This document shows positions 22,201 through 35,347 of a stretch of DNA of 64,000 nucleotides, piece by piece. The notes under the pieces are model-generated. The model had not been told where the DNA came from. It was given only the letters and a program-made list of their open reading frames with translations, and ran no database searches. The stretch lies in assembly GCA_047967505.1 (NCBI GenBank), contig CM106538.1. One strand, given 5' to 3'. Numbering within the stretch: the first letter of the stretch is position 1; each line of letters opens with the position of its first letter. The stretch comes from Dipteris shenzhenensis. Taxonomy: Eukaryota. The position numbers were made by a program, and so were the translations under genes.

Positions 22201-24540
22201 GCTTTCTTTTTCTCCAAAGCAATGCACTTCCTGCATTCTGAAATTTCATGCCCTGTCTTGCGACAATAGTTGCATCTTTTCTTCTTTGACCTATCTGCTG
22301 TATTTTGAGATGCATTGGAGGAATTGGCACTATTATGTGCATGTTTAGGCTTGGAAGCCTTGCCTTTTCTTGTCTACTGTGAAGCAAATGCATGATCAGG
22401 AATAGTAGCTTGCCTATTAGCACGACTTTGCTCTTCCTAGTGACTAACTGATCAAAGGAGTAGTGGTCTGGATTACCCATGGCCACTAGTCAAAGGGTTG
22501 TAGCAAACCCTTGATATGTATCTAGCAATCCATTCAATGTGGTACTAACAAGCTGAGAATTTGGCACCACCTCATCAATATTGGCAAGTTGTTCCATGAG
22601 GTATTTGACCTTTGTCAAGTATGCATCCATAGAGTCACCTTCATTCATGCTGACTTCTTGTAAAATGGGTGGAATAATGATTCTCTTGCATGATAAAGCA
22701 ATACACGAATGTGCAATTGCATCTCTTGCATCCCATCTTGTTTGTTCCTGAGTATAAGGAGTAGTAATAGGGGTGCTAGAGGATAAAGCATCAAGAGGAG
22801 TACCCTCTACAGAGGGACCAGTAGTAGAGGCAGCGATGACTGTAGCATTGGCTGGCCTCAGATCAACTCAAGAAACAATGTTTCAAAAATGCCTTGCAAC
22901 AAGAATATGTTTCATGAGATAAGACCACATCGGATAGTTGGTGCCATGCAACTTATCATCTTCACGAAGAATACCAAATAAATCATGATTGTTGCTAGCC
23001 ATTGCAAATGGGATATCCCGAAAAGAAAAGACCTGAAAATACAAAAGCCTCAAGGCTACAGCAAATGTTTGCAAGTGAATGTCCAGCAAATTTCCAACCC
23101 AAATCAAGGGGCAAATGCAAATTTGACCCAAATGTGACTGTGTCAGACAATGACAACTGCAAAAATCAGCAAATCTGGCAAAAGCTCCAAATATAATGAG
23201 GGCAAAAAGCCAAAAAGAGGGAAAATATAGCAAAGCCCCAAATTTTGCAGAGATTTTGCAAATGTGACCCAATGTCTTGCAATTTGACCCAATGTCCTGC
23301 AATTTGAACAAGAAATTGCAATCCAAATTCCAAAGCTCCAATGTCTTGCAAAAGACCCAAAACTACAAATGTCTGTAGATGACTATAGTGAGACCCAAAA
23401 TGGGTTATAGCAAGTAAGAACCTGGTTCACAGCAATGCCAAAATAGTCGGAATGGCTGTAGGCAATCTGTTGGTAGATTCGCACGTGCGGAGCTTGTACG
23501 GAGCACCTACAGATGTCTCATTTACTTATGCCACACCATACTTCACTTACAGTATGCAGTATCTCAGCTCAGTAGGTTCCTACACATGCCGAGTTTCATA
23601 GCATTGGTAGGCTGTGAAGAGAGTCTTTAGATATCTCAGAGGCACTTAAGATTTAGCCCTCTTCTATGGTGAGATCAAGGTTCACTTACCATGCATGCTT
23701 ACACGAATAGTGATTGGGCAAGTTGTTCTAACACCAGAGTGTCACATACCAGCAATTGTTTTTTTCTTGGCAGTTCACGTATCTCTTGGCTCAACAAGAA
23801 GCAACCAATAGTTGCCACATCCAGCTATTAGGCTGAGTAGAGAGCAGCCTTCATTGCTACAGTAGAGTGTATCTGGCTTCGACAATTATTTACAGATCTT
23901 GTTATTCGTCAAACATCCTCCACTATGGTCTATACTAATAGCCAGAGTGCTTTGGCCATTGCATGTAATCCAGTGTTTCATGCACGTACCAAGCACATTG
24001 AAGCTCACTATCATTATGTTCGAGAGTGGTTGTTAGCAGGAGACATAGAGTTGTCCTACCTTCCCATAGGGGACAACATAGCATATATGTTTACAAAGGC
24101 ACTTCCTTGTCCCAAGTTCAAAGTCTTTCGATAGGCTTTACACTTGGTTCCCTTTGTTACATGATCTGGCATCCCTTGTACATTCATAGGTGGTTATATC
24201 CTTTTGGATGAACATGTGCCACCATGACCAGAAAATACCAAATATTCTGAGATACTTCAGCCCATACCATGGAGGGGGGTTTGTAGGCCATCTTCTCCCG
24301 GTCGTATGGATGCCCTCTGGGCCCTGGTATGTGCCATGTAGCTTTAGTTATTGGCACTTAGGTCACCTAGTACTTTTAGTGTCTTATGACACCTAGTACT
24401 AGTGGTACCATTAGGACACTAGGTCCTAGGGTTCTCTTTTATAGTACTTTGTACTTTCATTTTCTTTACACTAGTTGATGTGACAGCCTTCAATTTTTTG
24501 CTTCGACTCTTGTGCTTGCTTCCACTTCCATGTACCTACA
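19256..24540 (+). mobile_element. Ty1/Copia element with inverted internal gag-INT-RT block and truncated 5' LTR
   Basis: TSD CTCAA at 19251-19255 and 24541-24545. 3' LTR at 24282-24540 after PPT GGAGGGGGG; 5' LTR stub at 19256-19358. gag/PR/INT/RT lie on the minus strand (~23000-19516), the RT end and RNase H on the plus strand (~23513-24134). Confidence 0.9.
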
Positions 24541-24729
24541 CTCAATGCATTGGGACTCAAGCATTGTAAACACAAATGTATGCACTTCATGAACTTGCAC
24601 AACATCAAGGTATCTAGAGAAAATGTGTGGCAAAAAATAGGAAGCAAAAGGAATCATATTCTCATAAGATTCTCTTGCTTTCTTAAAAATGACAAGAAAA
24701 GGCCAAGTTTAGGACAGAAGATCAACAAG

Positions 24730-25260
24730 GAGGAGGGGTCCTCCCTCTCCTCTCACTCTCCCCTCCGCTTCTCAACCCCCCCACCCTTGCATGTGACTGT
24801 AGATGCATGCTGGGGGGAGGGGAGGTCTTCCCTCCATCTCCTCTCACCCTCACTCACCTCCTCTCACCCCCCTCCCCTCCTCCCAATGTGCGGTTGTAGC
24901 CTCGGTTGCATGCAAGTAGGAGGTGAGCATCCTCTTACTCCTCTTACACCCCCTCCCTTTCTCATCCCCCCTCCCCTCCTCCCTATGTGCAACCATAGTT
25001 GTGTGTAGGGAGAGGGGATGGTCTTCCCTCCCTCTCCTCTCACCCCCCCTCCCTCCTCTCACCCCCCCTTCCTATGTGTGGCCTTGTGTGGGGTGGAGGG
25101 GAGAGTCTTCCCTCCCTCTCCCTCCCCTTCTCTTACCCCCCTCCCTTCCTCCATGCATGTGGCCCCAGTCTGCCGACCATGTGCATAGAGGAGGGGAGGG
25201 TCTTCTAGGGGTCGTCTTTCCCTCTCCTCTCACACTCAAGAAGAGGAAAGGAGAGTATAA
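24730..25260. repeat. Degenerate CT-rich (polypyrimidine) repeat tract
   Basis: Recurring GGGGAGG...TCTTCCCTCC(C/A)TCTC...CCCCC units. Confidence 0.7.
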
Positions 25261-25296
25261 AAGGAAGGCGAAGAGTGAAAGAAGAGGAAGAATAGG

Positions 25297-26478
25297 TCAG
25301 CAAGAAGCAACCCATAGTTGCTCTTTCTTCTTTCGAGGCTGAGTACAAATCAGCATGTTTTGCCTCTTGTGAGGCAGTGTGGTTGAGGAGGATATTAGGG
25401 GACATGGGTGCAGTGTAGAACAAGCCTACACAGTTATCATGTGACAATCAGAGTTACATGGCAATTGCAAAGAACCCTGTGTTCCACACTTGCACAAAAC
25501 ACATTGAGATTCAATATCACTTTGTATGCAAGCTCATCATGGATGGAGAGGTCGACTTGGTGTACTGTCCGACTACAGAGAATGCTATGGACAACTTCAC
25601 GAAGGCTCTTGGAAGAGAATTGCTGGAGAGGCATGTTCATCGACTTGGCGTTGGGCCGAAAAAGTAAGTTCACTTGCGGGTAGACATTGAGGGGGGGTGG
25701 TAGATATCAATGATCCACTCTTGTGTAACTACGTGTAACTACACGGGAACCAGCTAACTCTACTTGTAAGCCCTCCATATGAGGAGAAGGCATTTGAGTA
25801 GCTCGGTTATCCGGTAGGTCCTGGTTTGGACACCAGATGGGGGCCATGTGTAGCCTGATGGTTGGACGGCTTCAAATAGAGTTGGCACACTGCCAACTAG
25901 ACTACATGCAAGTGCGAGAAGGCATCCCATGACTGACCGCACTGAGGGTAGACAGAGCATTTCCTGGGGCAGCCCACTCTCGGGCTTTGGGGCTCGTTTG
26001 GAGCCCCAGATGATCCCAGATGGCTTTGGGTCGAACGGTGACCGTAGTTTAGTTGCTCTATTCTGTGCCACGGTTCTGAAGTGTGGTCGGTGGCCTATTT
26101 CAGGATCGACCTCCAGTTGACCGTTTTGGGCCGACTGGGTCGGTCTCCCAATTGGGTCTAACTGACTATGATTGGTGGGTATATAAGAGCAAGCCCATGA
26201 AGCCCATAATCATCACTGGCTATAGCAACCCTGATTCCTTAGCATCAAGCCTTCGTCCCCTACTGTTTCTAGCATGCCATTGAAGCTTCTCACATAGGAG
26301 CGCACGGTTGGGACGCAGCGCCATCTATTGTATCAGTTTTACAGTAATCAAATTTTTTGATGCTCCATACTATCTACTTTTCTCTCTTGCATATGAGATC
26401 CTGTTATCTGTTGAGCACAGATGTTGTATTGTTTTCTTACATATACTATATATGAGTCTACTCAATACGATCATAACA
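25297..26478 (+). mobile_element. Copia 3' fragment: RNase H, PPT and probable 3' LTR (25698-~26478)
   Basis: SKKQPIVALSSFEAEY...AKNPVFHTCTKHIEIQYHFV, then PPT TTGAGGGGGGG, then TG. Probable end ATCATAACA at 26478. Confidence 0.75.
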
Positions 26479-27267
26479 ATCCACTAAGAAGACTTGACAT
26501 TCCATTAATTAACATCACGAGGCTTACTTTAGAACTATCTTGCCAAACCCTCACCAAACCCCTTAGCATCCATAACAAATTAGCTAGTATGGCACACTCA
26601 AACCAAATTATGACACACTCTGTGGATGACTCAGCTCAATAAGAACATAAAAATCCATTGTTCATTGATGAAAAACTTTTGCAAGCTTTGCAAGCCATAT
26701 ACAACTTTGCTTGTTAATGAAACTAATGTAAAAAATCATCGACAAATCATCCCTGGATGTTGCCTTCCTCTAGGGACAATGTAAGGAGAATGTAAGAGGA
26801 AAAATTCACTGATTTGACACAACATAAAGACTATATATCACCATAGCAATCCAGGGTAGGGATTTCAAGCCTTCTTCAAAGTTTTGGGCTCATTTTATGT
26901 CACAGGACATGAACCACTCCTCAACCACTCTTCCTAAAGAGTTTACAAATGTCCCTGTTGCATGCTTGTAACTTCTCTATAGCTTCTAAAACTTTTGTAA
27001 TTTACACTACCCTTCTATATTTTAACATTGAGGCGTTGATTTACTACCTTATGTATATATAAATCTATAGGTAATGTAATTAATAAAGACCCATCTATTG
27101 AACTCACGTGATAGTGTTACATATGATGAGTGACTCTGTCGAGATTAACAGAGTGTGAATGTCGAATAGATACATTGCGACCTTAGATAGCTTGAGGAAG
27201 GGTAGAAAATTGACTCATGGTGTGGAATTTATCCATTCAATCTAGTACCACATAATTTCTCACAAGC

Positions 27268-27304
27268 CACAACCACAACCACAACCACAACCATAACCAC
27301 AACA
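27268..27304. repeat. (CCACAA)n hexamer microsatellite
   Basis: About six near-perfect units. Confidence 0.9.
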
Positions 27305-28609
27305 ATAAATTGAAACCTTTTTAGAAAAAGACAATTTATTGAAAAAGAGATACATTAAGTGCTTAAATTGTGTGGAGCAAGCCTTAGTAGCCTTCCCCCC
27401 CCCTACTTATGACCTTCAATGTGGCAAACACAATTTAACAAGAGAGAATAAAAGGTCAACCGACATTTCTCAAATGGTTACTACACTTTATGTTTTCTCT
27501 TTTTGGAAAAATGAATTCCCTTTTCATTTCAAAAGCGTGTGTTGTAAAAGGAACTAAAATCTATGGACTTGCACTCCCCTACATTTTCACAATTGAGCAT
27601 CTTGATGTGATTCCTTATTTTTCTTTAAGGGGGATTTGGACTCAAAAAGGTCTCCTCATGAACTCAGAAGGCCTATTGAGGGTCCCATCACCACCTAAAA
27701 AGTGCATTCCCCTATGCTTTGTTGGTCCCAACCATGCTTTAAAAAGTGCATCTCCCTCTCCTAGATGGAGGGGCCCCCTACTTTGTAAAAAGCTACCCTC
27801 TTTACACCCTAAGGTGATTCCGAATGTACCAGTTCCCCCAAAATTTTAACTTTTTAAAAAAGTGACAAAAATGGCTTGAAACCCTTCCAAACCTTCCTCC
27901 AAACCATTCCTTTGTACCCAAATTACTTTCCAACGCCTAAGTGCTTTTTCTTCTCATTGTATTATTATGTTCTAATCTCAAACCTTTGTTGCCTCCATAG
28001 AGTTTTTGTTGCTTTGACTTCCCATCTTCAAATCTATTCTCCAAATCCTCTAATGGCTCCAGTTCAAGAGCTTACTAACAACAAGCAAAAAAGCACCTTA
28101 CACATTGAAGTTACACCAAAGTGTAAGATGAGATGCAATGTTTCAAGCGCCTCTTTGGACTAATGAATAAAGCCCTTGAACTTGCCAAAAATATGGAATT
28201 CAAAGACTACTTTTTTATTCAATGAGAAAAGCACACACTCCATTAACATTGGTTGGCACACCTTTTTTATTCAATGAGAAAAGCACAATTGATGGCTTGC
28301 TTCCTAAAGAGACACACTCCATTAATATTGGCTAACACACCTTACGAGATATTAAAGCATTGAAGTGCATGTTTGTAGTGAAAATCAATGCAAAGCAGCA
28401 TATCTATGCCTTTTTTGCATGCACTCACAACAATAGGAGTGAGCAAGGGAAAAAATGTAGGACAATGTAGAGGGAAAGGGGAATGAAAGTTAAAAAGAAG
28501 GAAGAAACAATGGAAATTATAAACATATGATGAGAATTTAGACAATGGTATTGTAAATAACAACACTAACAAACAGGTACAATAGGAGTGGACTGACACA
28601 GTGATGAGC

Positions 28610-29080
28610 TATGATAAAGAAGCCATGCCCAATTGAGATGAAATTAAGTGAAAAATGGGCTGAAATTTTTAACAACCCATTAATAAAGAGTACATTTTTG
28701 TGTGTTGCATGCCGAGATGCATCTCATTGATATGGTGCTTTATTTGCACATTGTTTACATGTGGAACAAGAAACATGAAGAGAGTTACATCATGTACCAC
28801 AAGGGTTGAAGCTCTTTTATTGAGCATGGTCCTACATGGAGGAAATGAAAAGATATGTAAATCTTTACACAAAGCTCTCAGGAAAATCAAGAGACCTTCC
28901 ACGAAAAGTGTCAATAAGGCCGAGAAGTTTTTTACCAATCATGGAAAAAATTGATCAAATATGCATTAGAATTATTGGAAAGTGTTATGCAAGTTTACCA
29001 ACAATTTGGAAGCTAACCCTTGATGTGAGAAAATACCTGTTTGCAAAGCATTATATAACTTAGTGATATCTCCTAATAAT
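28610..29080 (+). pseudogene. Second, divergent fragment of the RAG1/Transib-like transposase
   Basis: VHFCVLHAEMHLIDMVLYLHIVYMWN...RVEALLLSMVLHGGNEKI...KLSGKSRDLPRKVS (across frameshifts) parallels VHICALHAIVRIIEKLVHLYIIDAYN...RIEKVLSDMGLHSG*VKI...RFGKTGNVPCKPS at 14.7-14.95 kb. Confidence 0.75.
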
Positions 29081-29139
29081 TTAAGGATGATCAACTAAGC
29101 TTAGAACCATTTTCCTTCCAAAGAAATTGCTTGTCTTGA

Positions 29140-29445
29140 GTGTCCAAGCAACACTAAGCAGCAGTGATAGAATAGGAAGCAGGTGCAAGGAAGTAGGTGC
29201 ATTGATGTATCTTACACACAAGAGTATACCTTGTTAGAGATGGAGGCTTTCCATTGTCACCTAGGGTTATGCTTGTTTAGTCGCAATGGAGTCAACCTTG
29301 ATTGATATGATTACAATTACAATGTGTCATCAGCACACATTATGGTGGAGCATACACTTGGTAGATTCAAGAACAGTTGGAGTATTTTATAAGCCATCAA
29401 GAATTTTAGCATTTGCCACAAATCATTCATCTTCACAACATGACA
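29140..29445 (+). mobile_element. PIF/Harbinger transposase C-terminal remnant
   Basis: RDGGFPLSPRVML...YNYNVSSAHIMVEHTLGRFKNSWSIL fits the DDE_Tnp_4 pattern GDxGFPL...N...SSAR..VE.AFG.LK.RW.IL. Confidence 0.65.
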
Positions 29446-29466
29446 CTTGATTCTGATGATGAGTGG

Positions 29467-29554
29467 GATGGTGTTTAGGAGATCAATATGAACGATGGCT
29501 TGTTAAGAACGATGGTGTTTAGGAGATCAATATGAACGATGGCTTGTTAAGAAC
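29467..29554. repeat. Perfect 44-bp tandem duplication
   Basis: GATGGTGTTTAGGAGATCAATATGAACGATGGCTTGTTAAGAAC occurs twice in tandem. Confidence 0.95.
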
Positions 29555-30399
29555 CTATTTGCTACATATGGATTGGAAGAAGACTCACCCGATGCATCCG
29601 TAGAGCATGCATCATTGATACAATACTTGGAGACCCTTGACCCAAATCATTGAGGGATTTTGCTTCATGGATATTAGTTGCAATTTATGTCTTGTCATAT
29701 TGGTAGTGATGTAAGGTCTTGTTTCTAGGGTGTTAACTTTTGATCGATATGTGTGGGCGTTAATGAAATTTGATTGTTTTCTATTATTTGAGGTAGTCTT
29801 GCGCTCATGTTCTTTGGTTTAGGGAGAAGAGGCCCTTTGTTTTGTCGTGTGACGAGAGCTGGGAGCCTACAGACATCTTGCAAGGACGAGAGCTGGAGGC
29901 TGGAGCCTGGGACTCGGGAGCCTGTCAATGGCGAGTTTGGCTCCACATACATTTTGCAAGGACAGGGACAATAATGTAAAGATGTTAGGTGCAACACGTG
30001 ATGGTGATTCCTACGGAGTTTCTCTCCCCTTGGCGTTTAGCAGAGTCGACAGACGTGATCACATACGTGAGAACAGTCCTTTCTTGAACTCCAAGAACAG
30101 AATAGTGGACAGGCTACAAGCGCCAAGGGACAACTAACTACTCAACACTGGGATGCATTTGGAAAATGACAGATTGCCGTACTTTGTTGATCTACTAGTT
30201 TTTGACATTGTGTTTTCAGTAGCTTTCGAAATTGTGATCACATTTTTCGGCATAATGCGGTTAGATTCATTGCTGGGGTCAGCAGGAACATCTTCCGCAC
30301 GCCCATCGGCATAGTACGTTGACTTAGAAAACTACTTGGCCAGCCGTTGAGCAATATTTCAACCTTGTAAGAACTTGATCAACATAGAATACCTTGCGA

Positions 30400-31000
30400 A
30401 TACTTCTCTCCTAGAATCTTGTAAATATGAGAAGACATCCTCTCCGGATCCATACCTACGAGAGAGATGCATGGAAAGTTGAAATTGGGTTCAAATTCTC
30501 GCAATGTGCTCATGCATAATTTGTACAACTGTATAATGAGGATGTCTTCTCATAGAGTTGTATTATATTTTGAACAAATGCGTAATGACGACGTCTTGTG
30601 CAAATATATAATCCACATATTTTGTACACATGAATAATCAAGATGTATCATTGAAGCAAATGCCTCGACTGGGCAACCTATTCTACATGTGTTACCAAAA
30701 CATCACTCTCAGAAGGAAAATGCATGGTTCATGCATTACAATGTGTGGACTAGAATCAAAGAGCAGTCTTGGGATTGTCCTCGTCAACATGCATGGGAAC
30801 CCTGGTGGCCTAGGCAATGCATGTGAAGCATTTGACAAGATGCCTACCATGATTTTGGCTCTTGGACTACTACAATGGTATTTTATTTAGATGTCGTGAT
30901 GGGGCAACTCCTTGTCAACATCTACAATGAATGGGAGAGGATATTGAATGCACATGCACTCTTTGTTAATATGGACGATCATGACTATGGATGACAATAC
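30400..31000 (+). pseudogene. Degenerate PLS-PPR gene fragment
   Basis: RRKMHGSCITMCGLESKSSLGIVLVNMHGNPGGLGNACEAFDKMP and DVVMGQLLVNIY are decayed PPR motifs. Confidence 0.7.
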
Positions 31001-31949
31001 GGATGATCATAACATGTCCCCCCAATTGAAAATAGAAAAGTACTGATTAGTTGAAAAGGCACGAGGGGAGGGTTGGAAGGCAAGGATCTCGAATGGTAAA
31101 AAGGAGAGTTATTAAAAAAAACATTCCTCTTTTTATGATAGGAAGTCTCATACCTTGTTATGTTTGACCATATAAATTTAAAATCCTTATACTGTCACCA
31201 CATCTTCATACAGCCTAGTGGAAACTCATGCCCGGGGGATTCACAAGGGGAATATAAGGATCCTGAATGATATTGGTGTAATACTCTAATGGCTTGGTCA
31301 AATTCATGATTTGCATCAATTTGAGATGTAGATGCAAACCACATAGTAGCAAGTTTTCTCTTTAGTCAATTGATTGATTGGTACCCTTGACTTAGGTTTC
31401 CTTTGTTTAAGGTCATCTAACCATGCTCTTACGTTCTCTTTAGCAATTTCTTCCATATACTTTGCGAAAGGTATCCTTTATTAGGTTTGAGTTTTAAAAG
31501 TAATCCATTAGGTTTTGGTAGAGCCACTTTGTTGCTTTGTGCTGGGTACAAGCAAAATAATCTTCCTTTGAGTTGCATCCATGCATTAGGCAAACCTAAT
31601 AGAATATTTGCAATTGGTTGAGTGGGACTTGTTCATGTAGTCATATGAACTTCTAAGCTTTACTTGATTTTTGTGTGTTGTGACATCTTGTTGGCCTTTC
31701 TCGAGAAGTGGGGGTGTTGATATACGATCCTTAGTATCACTAAAGAAAACAACACATTTGATGATATACACCTTTTTGTGTCATATTACAACATGACATG
31801 ATACAACATATACCTAATCCTCCAAAGATTTGATGTGAGACCATAAGGAACATGCATTAGTGTGTAACCTTCTACCCTATACATTATACATACATGGATG
31901 AGACCTACAATTGATCCATATATGAATAAATCTCTTACCTGATTCAATG

Positions 31950-33235
31950 TGAATTAACCGAGAATGGCTACATAGTCCCTTCTTCCACTTATCTCTTGAT
32001 GAAATGGTAGCAAATATCTATGTCCTTTAATCATTTATGATCCTTCAGATTCTTTGCCAATGTGATGGAACTTTCATTCTTGTAAAATGTCACAATAGCA
32101 ATATCCACTATGCTCAAAGAGCTAACAAAATGTGGATTGCTTGATGGGAATGCCAATAAAGAGAACTATACTCAAGCTCTACTATTGAATTGCCATGGTT
32201 TCTTGCTTCTAGTTGGACCCACACAAATTGTGAGAATTCATAATGAAAATGTACCCTAATTTGGCACCACATCTCCAATTTACATAATGGAAACCTACAA
32301 GATAAGGTTTTGTATACTATCTCTCGTTCAAATATGTACTATCTCTTGTTCAAATATGTTAGCCTATGATTGGATGTTCCATTAAGATAATCTAAATATC
32401 CACTTCACACCATTTCAAAGGTGAGCACATGGCTTCACAATTAAGCCATGAGTTTGTTGACAAGTTCTATAGTATGGCATATGCCATGCCATGTTGATGT
32501 CATCAAGGAGGTGAGATTATTGACTAATTGTCAACAAGCTAGATCTAAGGATGAGTCACTTTCCATTATGCATGCTCTCCATGAGTATAAAATGCTCTAG
32601 CATTGTGTTAATATACCAAGTTTGCCCAAGGAAAATCCTTTCCTAATTCTACTTAAACTTGAAACCCAAGATTAAAAGTTGTATGAAATCATGCATCTCA
32701 AATTGATTGCAAAGAGTAGCTTTGACTTATTTAAGTTGAAAACAGTGACTTTAATTTCTTTGATTTTTCTTGTTGCTACTGCATAGCATGATTGGCTAAT
32801 TGACAAAGTACGAGCAAAGTACTATCACCATGAGGGCACCCGTATTCCTCTTCACATGTACACTCCATGGTCAAGCTCACTCCTTTTGTACCATTATGAT
32901 TTTAAATAAGTGTCAATCCTACTGACTAATCCCTAGGGCTTGCTTGAGACCATAAAGGGGCTTTCTCAATCGGCATATCATGTGCTTAGATCCTCTTTCT
33001 ATGAACTTTTTTGTCTCCTTCATATAGACCTCTTATTTAGATCACCATTTATGGACATCCATTTAATGCAAGTGCAAACCCAATGTGTATTCAAGTGAGA
33101 TAATAAAGCAGATGTTCTTGATCCTAGTTACTAGTGCAAAGACTGCCTTGAAATCTATATCCTCTTTTTAGTAGAATCCTTTGCAACTAACCTCAACTTG
33201 TACTCATCTTCATTACTATCACCTTGTAGAATGTT
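31950..33235 (-). mobile_element. Highly degenerate Copia RT/RNase H remnant
   Basis: CRLRKPLYGLKQ near 32940-32975, with fainter RT/RH-like traces around it. Confidence 0.6.
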
Positions 33236-35144
33236 GGTAGATGCAATCATCTCGATTGTGGAATTTTGGCAACAAACGGGCATGTGGTGTCACCTGTCTT
33301 GCATAAATCCGTCTCCTTCTCTGCCTTAATGCACCCCCCTTGGGATGATTCCGTGGTTGGAAGTGGCAGTTGCTCGAGAAATTCGGCAGCTCATCAGAGT
33401 CATCACCAAGCTCTCCATCATCAGCAGGTGACGATGAGCCACACTACCCTTCTGGATGTACAACACCACCAGCCATAACCCTACGGATGCAAAAATTCAA
33501 GCTCATGAATCGACGACATCCCATGGATTCCATGTCCTTCCACCCTCGAGATTCTCCAGGGCACAACAGCCTGCGATGATGGAGCTCATTTTTGAGAGGA
33601 TGGATTGTGACATTCGTGCACAGTGTCGACGAGCAGACGAAGAGCTTACATTCTACGCCAGGACTTATAGAGCGAGGAGCATCGAATCATGCCGTGGAGT
33701 CCTCTCAGAGGAGGAGCAAACATCGATGGCAAAGCAACATCAAGTAGGAGGAGTAGCAACAGCTAACTGCTAGTAGTGACGATCGACCGAGGGATCATCT
33801 CCGAGGGAAAAAATTCATGATCGGGTGCAGAAGGCAAGGCCATTTGCACCCGACGCAAATGGCTCAGCCCAGAGCTTTTTTTTTTTTTGCGGGGCTGGTC
33901 AGGCCACCAAAAAAGAAAGGGAACCAAGGGAGTACAAAAAAAGGGGAGGGGGGTCAACCATGGGCTCACGCCCTCGACCAACGCTAAGAGAGCAAAAACC
34001 AGGGACCTCTCCATCGTCTGAAGGTAGTTTCCTTCCTTTATGCTCCCATCTTGCCGGACTTCATGTAGTTTGGTGGATCAAGAGTACATTTGGAGGCAAG
34101 GATCATCACCTGGGTGGAGGCAACATAGTTACGCAACTATGTCCTATCCGAAAGACATGTTCCAAAAGCTTGTTGATTGTGTGGCATTGGGTTCACAAAC
34201 TCCATACCTCATTGAAGCCCACCTAGGAGAGAAAGGAGCACACATACATGGCAGGAGGTGGAGATTCTATAGCTTGTTGCATGGAGAGTAAGGCCCCCAT
34301 GGTGGGGAGAGGTCACTGTCTACGTTCGCATAGAGTGTGACTGATCCCCTAAACAGTACCCGCTCACTTGGGTCCGCTCGCCTAAACTGGGGCCGCTTCC
34401 CTGGGTCCACTCACCTAAAAATTTTACCCGTAGAGAACTACTAGTAATCTTCTACTAGTTTAGTATAGTAGTTCTACTACTAGTAAGTGATAGTAGATTA
34501 TTACTAGATGGGTAATGGTAGAGTAATAGTTATAGAAATGGTAGTAAAGTACTTGTAGTAGTGAATAGTACTAGTAGAGAATCAATGTTAGACTAATCCA
34601 AATAATATTAATAATAGTTTATATTGGTATTTCCTCTACTAGTAGTTTTGTACTAGTAGTCTAATAGCAGAAAACTATTAGTAGGGTATTAGTGCAAAAC
34701 TACTAGTATAGAATATACTATTAGAAAACGGGTGTGATTTTTTGGTGAGCTTTTTGTCATGAGATTTTTTTCAATTTTCATGAATATTGTGAGCTTTTCA
34801 TTCACCTAAGAGAGAGAGAGGGGGAGAGGGGGTTTCATGGAGTGGGGTGGGTGGAAAGTTTGGGTTATGGTTGCAGTTAAGAGGAGAGAGGGGGGAGAGG
34901 GGAGATAAAGGAAAAGGGGAGGGATGGTCACATGGGTAAAGTGGCATGGAGAAGGGAGGGGAGGGGAGTTGGAACATATATTCGTTATCATAGTTAGAGG
35001 GGGAACTTATAAGGTATGCAAAGAGGAGTGCAAGGAGGAGAGAGAGGATGAGGAATATGAAACTTATGTTCATCTCCTAAATGTAAAGGGGAAGGGAGAG
35101 CATATGGGAAATTTGTTCATTTTCAAAGTGTATAATTTGATAGA

Positions 35145-35304
35145 TTTGACCTCATATTTGGATTCCTCGTCGAATTCCGGTCATTTTGAGTACCAACATG
35201 ACCATATTCCGATAAAAATAGGCCCACCTATTTTTATCGGAATATGGTCATGTTGGTACTCAAAATGACCGGAATTCGACGAGGAATCCAAATATGAGGT
35301 CAAA
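35145..35304. repeat. Perfect palindrome, 78-bp arms with 4-nt loop
   Basis: 35145-35222 is the exact reverse complement of 35227-35304. Imperfect symmetry extends over 35102-35347. Confidence 0.97.
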
Positions 35305-35347
35305 AGTTTCAAATTATAAACTTTTAAAATGAACATGTCTCCCATAT

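Noticed and set aside
24550-25342. Proline-rich ORFs
   Set aside because: Translation of a CT-rich low-complexity tract.
33240-34330. Several short overlapping ORFs in a GC-richer patch
   Set aside because: No recognisable motif in any frame; probably a TE interior but cannot be supported.
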